From the human T2T-CHM13v2.0 reference genome, Homo sapiens, in the NCBI RefSeq assembly GCF_009914755.1, contig NC_060928.1: DNA of 64,000 nucleotides. The stretch is one strand, 5' to 3'. Numbering within the stretch: position 1 is the first letter of the stretch; every line of letters starts with the position of its first letter. Position numbers and translations under genes: made by a program. The notes below the pieces were generated by a model. That model worked only from the letters and a program-made list of their open reading frames with translations. It was not told the DNA's origin and made no database searches. Below are positions 40,344 through 54,319 of this stretch, piece after piece.

Positions 40344-43126
40344 TGTATTACTCAGGGTCCTTTAGAGGGACAGAACTAATAACATAGATGTATATGTGAA
40401 GGGGAGTCTATTAAGGAGTATTGATTCACGTGATCATAAGGTGAAGTCCCACAATAGGCCATCTGCAAGCTGAGGAGCAAGGAAGCCAGTCTGAATCCCA
40501 AAACCTCAAAAGTAGGAAAGCCAACGGTGCAGCCTTCAGTCTGTGGCTGAAGGCCCAAGGGCCCCTGGGAAACCACTGGTGTAAGTCCAAGAGTCCAAAA
40601 ATCTGATGTTTTGGAGAAGGAAGCATCCAGCATGAAAAAAAAAGATGAACTCCTGAAGACTCAGCAAGTCTGCTCTTTCTAACTTCTTCTGCCTGCTTTA
40701 TTCTAACCTTACTGGCAGCTGATTAGATGGTGCCCACCCAGATTGAAGGTGGGTCTGCCTCTCCCAAACCACTGACTCAAATGTTAATCTTCTTTGGCAA
40801 CACCTTCACAGACACACCCAGAAACATATTTTGCATTGTTCAATGCAATCAAATTGACACATGAATTAGTCCATTCTCATGCTGCTAATAAAGACAGGCC
40901 CAAGACTCGGTAATTTATAAGGAAAAGAGGTTTAATGGGCTCACTGTTCCATATGGCTGGGAGACCTCACAATCATGGCAGAAGGCAAAGAAGAAGCAAA
41001 GGCACATTTTACATGGCAGCAGGCAAGAGAGCTTTTGCAGGGGAACTCCCATTTATAAAACCATCATATCTTGTGAGAGTTATTCAGTATCATGAGAACA
41101 GTATGGGAGAAAATGCCCCCATGATTCAATTGTCTCCACCTGGTCTCGCCCTTGACACATGGGGATTTTTACAATTTAAGGTAAGATTTGGGTAGGGACA
41201 CAGAGCCAAATAATATAATTACACCCTGGCCACTCCCAAATCTCATATCCTCACATTTCAAAACACAGTCATGCCCTTCCAACAGTCTCCCAAAGTCTTA
41301 ACTCATTCCTGCATTATTCCAAAAGTCCAAGTCCAAAGTCCTATCTGAGACAAGGCAAGTCCGTTCCACCTATGAACCTGTAAACTCAAAAGCAAGTTCG
41401 TTATTTCCTAGATACAATGGGGGTACAAGCATTGGGTAAATAAAGCCATTCCAAATGGGAGAAATTGGCCAAAAATGAAGGGGCTACAGGCCCCAGGCAA
41501 GTCCATAATTCAGTGGGGCAGGCAAATCTTAAAGCTTCAAAATGATCTCCTTTGACTCCATGTCTCACCATCCCAGTCATGTTGGTGCAAGAGGTGGGCT
41601 CTCATGATCTTGTACAGCTCTGTCCCTGTGGCTTTGCAGGGTATAGCCCCTCTCCCACCTGTTTTCATGGGCTGACATTGAGTGTCTGCAGCTTTTCCTG
41701 GCACATGGTGCAAGCTGTCAGTGGATCTACTATTCTGGGGTATGGAGGATTGTGGTCCTCTTCTCACAGCTCCACTAGGCAGTGCCCCAGTGGGGACTCT
41801 GTGTAGGGGGTCACATCCCACATTTCCCTTCCCCACTGCCCTAGCAGAGTTATCCATGAGGGCTTTGCCCCTGCAGCAAACTTTTGCTTGGATATCCATG
41901 TGTTTCCATACATCCTCTGAAACCTAGGTGGAGGTTCCCAAACCTCAATTCTTGACTTCTCTATAGCCACAGGGTCAACACCATGTGAAGCTACCAAGAC
42001 TTAGGGCTTGCTCTCTCTGAGGCTGCAGTCTGAGCTATACCTTGGCCCCTTTAAGCCATGGCTGGAGCAGCTGGGACACAGGGTATCAAGTCCAGAAGCT
42101 GCACTCAGCAGAGGCAGCCTAAGCCTGGCCCAGGGAAAACCATTTTTTCCTCCTAGGCCTTGGGGCCTGGTGATGAGAGGGGCAGCTGCTCTGACATGCC
42201 TTGGAGACATTTTCCCCATTGTCTTCATGATTAACATTCCACTCCTTGTTACTTATGCAAATTTCTGCAGCAGGCTTGAATTTCTCCTAAGAAAATGGGT
42301 TTTTCTTTTCTATTGCATCATCAAGCTGCAAATTTTCTGAACTTTTATGCTCTGCTTCCCTTTGAATACTTTATTGCTTAGAGATTTCTTCCAGCAGATA
42401 CCCTAAAATCTCTCTCTCAAGTTCAAAGTTCCACAGATATCTAGGTCAGGGGCAAAATGCTTTCAGTCTCTTTTTACAGCAAGACTGACCTTTACTCTAG
42501 TTCCCAACAACTTCCTCATCTCCATCTGAGACCAACTCAGCCTGGACCTTATTGTCCATATTACTATCAGCATTTTGGTCAAAGCAATTCAACAAGTCTC
42601 CAGGAAGTTCCAAACTTTCCCACATTTTCCTATCTTCTTCTGAGCCCTCCAAACTATTCCAACCTCTGCCTGCTACTGAGTTCCAAAGTCACTTCTACAT
42701 TTTTGGGTATCTTTGCAGAAATGCCTTATTATCTGGTACCAATTCACTGAATTAGTCCATTCTCAATCTGCTAATAAAGACAGACCCAAGACTGGGTAAT
42801 TTATAAAGGAAAGAGGTTTAATGGACTCATATTTCCACAGGGCTGGGGAGGCCTCACAATCATGGTGGAAGGCAAAGGAGAATCAAAGGCACAACTTACA
42901 TGATGGCAAGCAAAAGAGCTTGTACAGGAGAACTCCCATTTATAAAACCATCAGATCTCATGAGAGTTATTTACCATCATGAGAACAGTATGGAAAAAAC
43001 CAACTCTATGCTTCAATTGTCTTCACCTGGCCCCACCCTTGACATGTGAGATTATTACAATTCAGGGTGGGATTTGGGTGGGAATACAGAACTAAACCAT
43101 ATCAACACTCAATATTAACCATCACA
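40344..43126 (-). mobile_element. MLT2A-type (ERVL) solo LTR split by THE1C (pieces 40344-40861 and 43105-43126)
   Basis: tgtattactcagggtcctttagagggacagaac...; the text continues across the insertion as aaattgacac|tcaatattaaccatcaca. Confidence 0.9.
40862..43104 (-). mobile_element. Complete THE1C-like MaLR provirus: LTRs 40862-41218 and 42748-43104
   Basis: Both LTRs share private-looking variants (tgaattagtcc, gagagttatt); TSD acaca 40857-40861 / acact 43105-43109. Confidence 0.92.
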
Positions 43127-46082
43127 CTGGTCTTCATCTTTTTCTGCAGAGAATAATAACACTTGCTCTTGTGCCTTCAGTGAATCAGAAAGAATTTTGC
43201 CTTGATCATTTTACCTCTCTATTGTATAGAGGAAGATAACTCAATTGGAAATTAGGGAGCATACATTCCAAACTTGACTATACAAACTAATTCTAGAAAT
43301 TTTAAAAAAGTCCCTTACCACATAATTATTTTCAAAAATTGAAAGAAGATGGACTATGTTATCACAAATACACCTTTCTTGCCCATGAATCTATTCTTCA
43401 TTTTCTCTCTCCCAAAGGGTAGGCAGATTCTCATGATCCTGTATTTAATTCCCATGGTCACAGCTTTTTAAATGTCTCCTTGTCGTGTCTCAATTTGTGA
43501 ATTTGGATTGTGATAGCTCTAGAACAAATTATTTTTATTACTATTTAGACTCCTACCCAAGTGCCACATTAATTAAAGCCATCTTTAAAAAAAATTGGAA
43601 TCAGGATTCCAATTGGTCTATAAAGAACGAGTTAATAAACAGTGATGTAAACTGCACATCAACAGAAAGTAACTTTGAACATTTATGCATCTATACCAAA
43701 AAAATATAGCATTGGGGATATTGGGACAGATTTGATCTCAGTCTCTGCATTTGGTCCATTCACTTCTGTATGATACTTATTTCCTACATGTTAGAGGTAA
43801 TTCCACACAAATTAATAAGCTTAAAACTGTCATATCTCATAATCTAATGGGAATTTATGCTTTTTAATAGTTAGTAAAATTAAGGGTTGCCTGTAATTGA
43901 CTTGTGTTCCCTGTTTGTAGCAGCAGACAGAAAAGCTTTGGTTAAGATGAGAAGTTTTAGATTAATGACTCCAAAACTCTAAGTGACATTACATATAAAA
44001 GAAAGGATTCCAAAGCTTCATTTAAAAATGAAAGTGGAATTTCACTTTAATACACAGCAAGACTTTACCAGCTGGCTGCAGTACATATACTTGGCTGCTA
44101 GTTGCTTAGTTTATTAGATATTTTATAGTCCGGGAAACTAAAGATTATGGAGCCAGTTCCCACATGCTACATCAACAGGAATTGGGAGTCAGACAAGCTA
44201 GAGATATATGAAGAAGTGAATAAGCCAGTACACTAAGGATAAAATGAATTAATCTGAAGCTATTAAAGAAGCTTTGTCAGGTACTTAGTATGCTCATGTT
44301 TTAATTCCTTATGCCTATTCTCCTTGGTTGCAATTCTCTTTCAAAAAATTTATAAAGAAATTTTTTCACTTTGGATTACTTTTCCTATTCCAATAGGTCA
44401 AATTCATATTGGCCTTTATCCACTCCCATCCAATCTCCACTTCAATAATTAGGAAGTAGACTACTACAGATTTTGACATTATTTTAATCCCAAACACCAT
44501 TTGCTACTTCATCAAAATATTAGGTTATACAATATTGATTATAATTTTTAGGTCAGAAATAGTTTAGGGATTTCATATAGTTCAACCTAGTATTAGGGCA
44601 CTCCCACAATATTGTGTATCTAATAAGCCTGTAAAATGGACAATAATAACATACTCTGTATGGCAATCAAAGAGCTTTTATAGTATCAATAATATGTATT
44701 TATAAAGAGATGCTTCTTCTGAGCTGGTAAGTAAGCTATAGGAATTATCTAATATTATCTAATGCATGGTCCATATTCATACCCCAAAGTACTTACAACA
44801 ACATTTGCACTACTCCAAACTGTACACTAATGGTGACTAATAGAGCCTAGAAACATTCCTACGACCAGTTTGGGTATTCTCTAGGAGTATGTTTCAGGGT
44901 AAAACTCTTGTCTCTTCATTACATCTCTTCCTCTGTAAGATTGGGTGATTGGAAAATAGATATTATAAATGAGCATTAATATTTTTAAAATATTTTCTAT
45001 CACAACTAACATACAATTTCTAGTGAAATATCACCTTGAGTATTTGAGGATGCAGTCACATGAATAATAGAAACAAAGTTAAAATCATTAAATCAATCTC
45101 AAAATTTTTAGGTTGGCTAATTTGAGGCCTTAAATCCATCTCAACATTTTTATGTTGGATACTCTGGGGCCTGTTTGTGCCACTGCACAAGAAAAATGGC
45201 TTAGTTTGGCATGTGGGATGAGGGGGAGAAAAGCATCCAAGAAGAGAAATTGGATAAAGTTAGATGTTTTGTGATTGTAGCTACTGAACATGTTTTAGAC
45301 TGGCAGAATATGCTCTATGATATTGGAATACCATCAAAATTCATTTAAATTATGCCAGAGAAATGTTAAATGGTGATGAGAAGGCTGAGATTTAAGCTGA
45401 TAAATGCAGTAAAGACCTACCCACAATGACAAATTTGATGAGGGGTTCTGACCTAGCAGATCACTCAAGGAATGGAAGTCTTTATGTTATTCACAAGGGT
45501 GGGAAAAAGCTATTCCCATCCCCACCTCCAACTCGTGCTGGAATATTTTACAGTCCAATTACATCCAAAGGAAGAACCAATCTGATTTATAACCTGTGGG
45601 ACACATGGAGAAAATTGTATAAATTTGTATGACTACTAATGGAAATGTTGGCTTTTGTTTTTAGGTGATGAATATTTTATGTCCAAAAATATAATAGTAA
45701 ATAATTTACCAGAAGTAATTTTTTTCTCTTTTTGTAAACTTCATGAAAAAGGCAGAGAGAGGATACGTGTGAAAGAAGGGAGAAAGGAGAAGAAGGGAAG
45801 ACAGAAGAATAAAGTCATAAAGTGAGACATGCTAAAAAAAGGATGAAAGTAAGTAATGGGAGTAGAAAAAAAGGAGACAGAAGAAACCCTTTGCCTAATT
45901 AAAAAAAGAAGGAAAGATAGAAGAGAGTAGGCTATGAAGGTGAAAGACAAGCAAGCAAACTAGCTTTTAGTCGAATATGTAAACATAATGCTATATTATG
46001 GAAAATTATCAGGAGGCCAAATGAAAGTAATTATTAAAAAAAACTTTCTGCAATTATATGCACTTTCTAAAAGTAGTATCAT

Positions 46083-46230
46083 AATTTAGATTACTGAACA
46101 TTCTCATAATGCTTTCTTCTTTTTATTTTATTTCCAATGGAAATAGGTGGCCCAATTTAGATCAGTGAAAATTCGCATAATGCTTTCTTCTTTTTATTTA
46201 ATTTTATTTCCAGTGAAAATAGGTGGCCCA
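46083..46230. repeat. ~71-76 bp diverged tandem duplication
   Basis: aatttagat..tgaa.att..cataatgctttcttctttttattt...tttcca.tg.aaataggtggccca occurs twice (starts 46083 and 46154). Confidence 0.92.
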
Positions 46231-47094
46231 TAGATAGTGGAGCCAACTCCACTACATGGATTTGGAAAGACAAGGCACAAAGTGAATTATGTGATAAAGG
46301 CTAGGAAAATCAAAATGTTCTATACAAGTCAATGGAATAGGAGGACTAGCCAACATAGTAAAAGACTGACGTGCAAACTGTGAAAAAGTCCAGGACTTTT
46401 TTTTTCTTTCTTACATTGGGGTTGTCTGGTTTTAACTGGTTTGTAGTACTGTGGCAAAGATTTGTTTGCTCAGAATTTCAGTAAGCCTATTACTTGAAGA
46501 TATATGTGTGAGTGCTTTACGGAGTCAAGGAAAGTGTTTGAAAACCATGTAGTTTAGTGTAGTTTAATGAGTGACAACATATTTAAGTCAGTGAAATTGT
46601 ATACGCCAAATGAACAAAATCAATGGAATCCAGCAGAACTTAGGAGGTAAAATTCAGACAAAATTAGTAAAAACTTGAGGACAGTCACAAGATACTAAGT
46701 AGAGCCTTCAAGTACTCTAACAGATCTCTAGGAACAGAGACCCAGTTAATTTTGAATACTATTTTAAAGTTTTGTTCAGGATTATCTAAACTCTGGAACA
46801 ATACCCAGATGCAGCTTGAATTAAATCAATCCCCTACACATTAGCCAGGAATCATTCCCAGTCTGACTCCCAAATAATTGATTGATGGAGCAAGAAATAA
46901 AACAGTGTAAATTGGTATGGGTTGTCTATGATGGCACTGAAAACACCTCCTCATATTAAGAAAAAAATTTTAGAAACCACTCAGAAACAGATCCTAGGAC
47001 CATTCAAAGCCTCAGCAAATGAGACTGGGTGATCCATCCAGAAATTCAGATGTGTGTGATATTGTAAATTTACTAGTGTTCCCTCATAAAGTAT

Positions 47095-49102
47095 CAGAAA
47101 AGGAATAACTCAGTCACAATAGATATAGTAAAATATTTGATAAAATTTAACATCCCTTCATGACAAAAACTGTAAACAAATAAGGTATACAAGAAACACA
47201 TCTCAGTGCAATAAAGGCCATATAACACAGCTAAAATCATACTGAACAGGGAACAGTTGAAATATTTTTTATTTAATATTTGGAATGAGAAAAAGATGCT
47301 ACCTTTCCACCACTTTCACTCAACGTAGTTCTGGAAGTCCTAGCCAAAGTATTTAAGCAAGAGAAAGAAATAAAGCATATGCATATTGAAAAGAAGAAAG
47401 TCAAATTGTCCCTGTTTGTAGACGTCATGATTTTACCTCACGTTGATAAAGAAAACTCTATACACTGTACTGTTGGAACTAATGAACAAATTCAGTAAAG
47501 TTGCAGAATTACAAAATCGACATACAATAATAGGTAGTATTTTTTATGCCAACAGCAAAATATTTTTTTTAAAAAGAAGGTAATCCCATTTACAATAGCT
47601 ACCAAGAAAAAAAAAAGAAGTAAATTTAACCAAGGAGGTCAAATATTTCTACAATAAAAACTGTAAAACATTGATAAAAGAAACTATGAACAACAATAAA
47701 TGAAAAGATATCTCATGTTCATGGATTGGAAGAATTAATATTGTTAAAATGTCCACACAACCCAAAGTGATCTATACATTCAATGAAATCCCTATCAAAT
47801 CACCATTGAGATTCTTCACAGAAATAAAAAAACTCAATCCTAAAATTTGTATAGAATCACAAAAAAACTTGAAGTACCAAAACAATCATGAACAAAATAT
47901 AAAAAAGAAAACATGGCAAAAAACAAAACTGGAGGCATCACAATGCCTGACTTTACAAAGCAACAATAACCAAAACAGCATGGTTCTGGCATAAAAACAG
48001 ATAAGTAGACCAATGGAAAAAAACAGAGAACCTAGGTGTAATTTAATGCATTCATGCCCAACTGATTTTCGTTAAAGTTGCCAAGAATGCACATTGAAGA
48101 AAGGACAGTCTCATCAATAAAACTTCCTGGAAAAACTAGATATCCATAGGCAGAAACATGAAACTAGACCCCTATCTCTCACCAGTTACAAAAATCAACT
48201 CAAAATGGATTAAAGACTTAAATATAAGACCTGAAACTATGAAATTACTAGAACTAGGGGAAATATTTTATGACATTGATCCAGGCAACGATTTTTTTGT
48301 TTGTTTTTGTTTCTGTTATTTTGTTATTGTTGTTGTTATAGAATAGATGTTATTTTGTACCTTAGAAAAGCATAGCATAATATCTGCCTTGTAGATTTGG
48401 CAATCATTACTAAGTGAGCAAGCATGTTTTGGATAAGACCTCAAAAGCACAAGCAACAAAAGCAAAATAGATAAATGGGATTACATAAAACTAAAATCTT
48501 CTGCCCAGCAAAGGCAACAATCAACAGAGTAAAGGAACAACATACAGTATGGGAGACAAAATTCACAAACTTTGCATCTGACAAGGAATTAATCCCAACA
48601 ATATGTAAGGAACTCAATTCAAAACAACAAACCAAATAAACAAATTTAAAAATGAGCAAAAGATTTGAATAGACCCTTATCAAATGAAGACAAATGGCTA
48701 ACAAGTATATGAGAAAATGCTCAATATCACTAATCATCAGGGAGCACAAATTAATAACAATGAAATATCACCTCACCCCTCTTAGAATGGATACTATCAA
48801 AAAGATAAAAATATAATAACTGCTGGTGAGGATGTGGAGAAAGGGGAGCTCATATAAACTGTTTGTGGAAATGTAAATTAGTATAGCCATTATGGACCAC
48901 AGTATGAATGTTCCTCAAAAAATTAAAAATAGAATTATCATTTGATCTGACAACCCCACTACTGAGAATATACCCAAAGAAAATGAAATCAATACATTGA
49001 ACAGATATGTGCATACTACGTTCATTGCAGCACTATTCACAACAGGCAAAACATGAAATCAATCTAAGTGTCCACCAATAGATGAATAAATTTGAAATGT
49101 GG

Positions 49103-49145
<43 letters not shown>

Positions 49146-49690
49146 GCACACACACACACACACACACAATGGAATACTATTTAACCATAAAAAGAAATGA
49201 AATTCTGTCATTAGTGACCCCCTGGAGGGACCCAGAGGACATTATGTTAAATGAAATAAGCCAAGCACAAAAGAAAAAATACTGCATGATCTCACTCATA
49301 TGTGAAATCTAGAAAAGTTGATCTAATAGAAATAAAGAGTAGAATAGTGGTTACCAGAGGCGAGGAGAATAGGGGGTGTGTAGGATAATAAGAGGTTGGT
49401 CAATGAGTACAAAGTTGCAGTTAGATTGAAGGAACAAGTCCTAGTGTTCTACAGCACAGTATGGTGACTATAGTTAGCAACAATGTACTATATGTTACAA
49501 AACAGCTAGAAAAGAGGATTTTGCATGTTCTCAAATCAAAGAAATGACAAATGTTTGAGGTGATAGATTTGTTATTTACAAGTAACAAATTTGATCATAA
49601 TACAATGTATACATGGATCAAAACATCACACTGTATTCTATAAATATGTACAATTATCATCTGTCAAATAAAAACAAGATAAAAGTGAAA
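47095..49690 (+). mobile_element. 5'-truncated L1MA6/7-like element
   Basis: ORF2 3' half ([27 protein letters not shown]) and L1MA 3' UTR ending tatgtacaattatcatctgtcaaataaaaa. Confidence 0.88.
49103..49168. repeat. Compound (TA)n(CA)n microsatellite
   Basis: Direct read. Confidence 0.95.
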
Positions 49691-49974
49691 AGTGACAATA
49701 TTGGAAATTATGAATGAATCCAGGGCTGGAGTCTGTTATGGAAGAGAAATGACAGTAAGAGATACACGTATGGAATAGTCAATAGCTTTTGCCTTATTTC
49801 ATTTGGGGCCTCTAATAAAGTAGAAATGTACTCAGTAGGGGCAGTGCTGGAAACAAGAGGGAGAGATTTATGAATTTTACTAGGAATATGTCCATGAAAT
49901 TTTATGGGAAAATAAGATCTCAGAAAAAAAGAAAGAGGTTTAGAAATTCTATGAGTATTAGGAGTTATATATAT

Positions 49975-51865
49975 TTTCTTTTTTTAGCTTTTATTTTAAG
50001 TTCAGGGGTACATGTGCAGGTTTGTTACATAGGTAAATGTGTGTCCATCCATGTCCTTGCAAAGGATATGATCTCCTATTTTTATGACCGCATAGTATTC
50101 TATGGTATATATGTACCACATTGTCTTTAATCAGTCTATCATTGATAGGCATTTAGGTTGATTCCATGTCTTTGCTATTGTGCATAGTGCTGCAATGAAC
50201 ATATTCATTCATGTTTCTTTATAACAGAATGTTATACTTTCCTTTGGGTATATACACAGTAATGGGATTGCTAGGTCAAATGGTATTTCTGTCTTTAGCT
50301 CTTTGAGGAATTACCACACTGTCTTCCACAATGGTTAAACTAATTTGCACTCCCATCAAGAGTGTATAAGTGTTCCTTTTTCTCCACAACCTCGCCAGCA
50401 TCAGTTATTTCTTGACTTTTTAATAATAGCCATTCTGACTTGTGTAAGGCAGTATCTCATTGTGGTTTTGATTTGCATTTCTCTAACGATCAGTGAAAAA
50501 CACTCCTCCACAAATGCAAAACAACTGAATCATAATAAGCAGTCTCTCAGACCACAGCACAATCAAATTAGAACTCAAGACTACGATATTCACTTAAAAC
50601 CATATTACATGGAAATTGAATAACCTGATCCTGAATGTCTTTTGGGTAAGTAATGAAATTAAGGCAGAAATCAAGAAGTTCTTTGAAACTAATGAGAACT
50701 AAGATACAACATACCAGAATTTCTTGGACACAGCTAAGGCCATTTTATGAGGGAGATTATAGCACTAAATGCCCACATAAAGAGTTATAAAGATCTCAAG
50801 TTAACAACCTAGCATTACAACTAAAAGAACTAGAGAACCAAGAGCAAACAAATCCCAAAACTAGAAGAAGACAAGAAATAACCAAAATCAGAGCTAAAAT
50901 GGATGAGGTAGAGAACATGAAAAATCATTCAAAAGTTCAATAAATTCAGATTTTTTTGTAAAAAATTATAAAATAGATTAGACCACTAGCCAGACTAATA
51001 AAGACAAGAGGGAATATTTAAATAGGCACAATCAGAAATGAGAAGGGGTATTTTACCACAGACCCCACAGAAATGCAAACAACCATCAGAGAATAATATA
51101 AACATTTTTATGCACACGAACTAGAAAATCTAGAAGAAATGGATGTATTTCTGGACACATAAACCCTCCCAAGACTGAACCAGGAAGAAATTGAATGCCT
51201 GAACAGACCAATAATGAGTTCTGAAATTGAGGCAGTAATAAATACCCTACCAACAAAAAAAGCCCAGAACCAGATGGATTCACAGCTGAATTCTACCAGC
51301 TGTGCAAAGAAGAGCTGGTGCCATTCCTAATGAAACTATTCCAAAAAATCAAAATGGAGGGACTCCTCCCTAACTCATTCTATGAGGCCAGCATCATCCT
51401 AATTTCCAAACCTGAGCAAGACACAACAAAAAAAGAAAACTTCAGGCTGATATCCTTGATTAAAATGCATGCAAAAATCCTCAATGAATACTGGAAAAAT
51501 TGGAAAATGAAATCCAGCACCACATCAAAAAGCCTATCCACCAAGATCAAGTAGGCTTCATGCCCAGGATGCAAGGTTGGTTCAACATACACAAATCAAT
51601 AAGTGTGATTCATCACATAAAGAGAATCAAAGACAAAAACAACTTGATTATCTCAATAGAGGCAGAAAAGGCTTTTGACAAAATTCAACATCCCTTCATG
51701 TTAAAAACTCTCAATAAACTGGGTATTAAAGGAACATACCTCAAAATAATAAGAGCCATATTTGACAGACCCACAGCCAACATCATACTGAATGGGCAAA
51801 AGCTGGAAGAATTCTCCTTGAAAACCAGCACAAGACAAGGATGACTTCTCTCGCCACTCCTACTG
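49975..51865 (-). mobile_element. L1PA (roughly L1PA8-13) with an inverted 5' segment: antisense 3' part 49975-50495, sense ORF2 part 50496-51865
   Basis: T-rich tail plus ttttattttaagttcaggggtacatgtgcagg on the left; abrupt strand switch at gatcagtga|aaaacactcctc; plus-strand ORF2 pieces ([18 protein letters not shown]...[13 protein letters not shown]). Confidence 0.88.
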
Positions 51866-52109
51866 AATATATAATTTCAAATGCCACAAGTGATTCAATG
51901 TGTATATCTAGCCTTTGAATTGATAGAGAGTGAAGGTAAGTTGGGAAGAATAAATAAAATTTTTTATATTTGAGAAGATAAAAGTATTTCAGGACTTTCA
52001 ATGTCTTTTTCAAAGAAGAGTACAGAAAGACATTCTTGGTAAAGTTATACCAGATTCCAAGTTATTAGTCATGATCTCTATAGTGAAATTTATCTGAAAA
52101 AAAAAATAC

Positions 52110-52945
52110 CTTGCTGGGAAATAACAAATGTTGGTGAGGATGTGGAGAAAAGAGAAACCTTGTACACTGTGGGAATGTAAATTAGTACAACCACTATGGA
52201 GAACAGCTTGGAGGTTCTCAAAAAACTAAAACATGAGCTACAATATGATCCAAATATCCCACTGCTGGGCATATACTCAAATGAATGGAAATCAGTATAC
52301 AGATACATTTGCATGCCTATGTTTGTTGCAGCACTGTTTACAATAGTTAAGATTTGGAAGCAACCTAAGTGTCCATCCACAGATAAATGAATAAAAACAA
52401 TGTGATACATATACACAATGGAGTACTATTCAGCCATAAAAAGAATGAGATCCAGTCATTTGCAACAACATAGATGGAAATGGAGGTCATTACATTAAGT
52501 GAAATAAGCCAGGAACAGAAAGACAAATATCGCATGTTCTCACTTATTTGTGGGATCTAAAAATTAAAACAATTGAACTCGGACATAGAGAATAGAAGAA
52601 TGGTTACCAGAGGCTGTTAAGGGTAGTGGGGGTTTGTGGGGCAGTTGGGGATGGTTAATGAGTGCAGAAAGTAGAAAGAATGAATAAGGCCTACTATCTG
52701 ATAGCACAACAGGATGACTATAGTCAATAATCACTTAACTTGACATTTTAAAGGAACTTAAAGAATGTAGCTGGATTGTCTGTAACTCAAAGGATAAATG
52801 CTTGAGGGGATGGATAACCCATTTTTCATGATACGCTTATTTCACATTACATGCCTGTATCAAAACATCTCATGTGCTCTATTAGTATATATGCCTAATA
52901 TGTACCAACAAAAAGTTTAATACATAATAAAAAATTAAGAAAAAG
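52110..52945 (+). mobile_element. L1MA2-like 3' end
   Basis: gggatctaaaaattaaaacaattgaactc...ctcaaaggataaatgcttgaggggga...aaaaaattaagaaaa. Confidence 0.88.
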
Positions 52946-54319
52946 AAATAGCCTGCTGAAAGATACTGAATAGTTTGCCAAACTCTTCTTGTTAGTAAAT
53001 GTAACTTGCAGAAATAATAGAACAAGCTAACCCTATTTGTTCTTAGGAACCAAGATAGAACAGCAAAGTAGAGCAGAATTGAGATTGGAAGCTTTGGGTA
53101 AAATTTGAAAAGTGGTCTCAAAAAATTTTTTTTGAAAAGTGGGCATAGAGTTGAGTATTATTCCATTATGTAAGTTGAAGTCCTTACCAACTCAAAATCC
53201 TAGGAAATTGCGATAAGCCAGTCTTATCAATTTGCTCCTGGTACATATCAAATGACTATTACAGAATAGATGTGACCAATCTATCAATGAAACCACAGTG
53301 ATTAAAAAAAAACTGTAGTCTATAGGGGTGGTTTGGGAAAATAAAACTGTACTGCAGACATTCATGTCTCAGGGACACAGAAACTTGGAGCATAGAAAAA
53401 ATAGCTAAGGATTCCCCTTAAAATGGAAGAGGTGCTTCCCTGCTCTAAATGAAACTGTAGGGCAAAACCACAGACTCTATTAAAACAGGAATGACTGTTC
53501 TATTACATTATGATCATTGGTAGAGTATTTTAAACAGACATACGTTGTTAGAATCTGACTCTCTTGGGTAGAGACTAGACCAACTAGGATAAAGCCAAAC
53601 TCAGTAAACCACTCTGAGCCCTTGGGAGAGTAAATTCACACCGTTTTTTCTCTTCTTTATAAGAGGTTAACATTTTAGAGAGAGAAGCTGGAGGGAACCT
53701 GATCTCCTCCCAAAGATTCTGCTGTAATGTGTGGGGCTCAGAAACCCAAAAAGAGCACACATCTAAAGAGGAGGAGATTATGGCCAGGATGTAGGCTAAC
53801 TTCATGGCCATATTAAACCTTTATATTGTATATTTGAGACAAGGGTTGTTGTGTCCCTTAGCCACTCAAATTCTAGAGGTGAGAGAGACTCAGAATCGAA
53901 AAGTGGCACATTGGAGGAGAGGACAAGAAGTAATTAATTGTTTCAAGTTATCCAGTTAATAGAAAAGAACTGGGAAGAATTTCTGTAAACAGAAATTGAG
54001 ACACTATTTTGTAAAATGTAAATGGTACTGAGAAGTCAGTTGAAGAAAATAGGATCAAACAATGCCTAAAAATGGGGGACAAAGACTTCGTCCTTCAAGA
54101 TGATAATCTAAATGCAAGACCTTGTGAACCATGTGGTCTATCCAAAGAGGTACTAAAAGAACTAGATGCTGCAATACTATCAGAGATGTAAAAAATTTAA
54201 AGTTTCTGGAAGAGAACGACTAAAACCGTCATTTATGCCAGTTATAATAATAAATGTAAGTGACTAGACTCTAAGGGAAAAGGCAGTGTTTGTCAGACTG
54301 CATGCAATTTATTACTAGG

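Noticed and set aside
40339-43131. Possible TSD of the MLT2A LTR (ccagc / ctggt)
   Set aside because: Only 2 of 5 bases match; it needs CpG decay on both copies plus another change, so it is not claimed.
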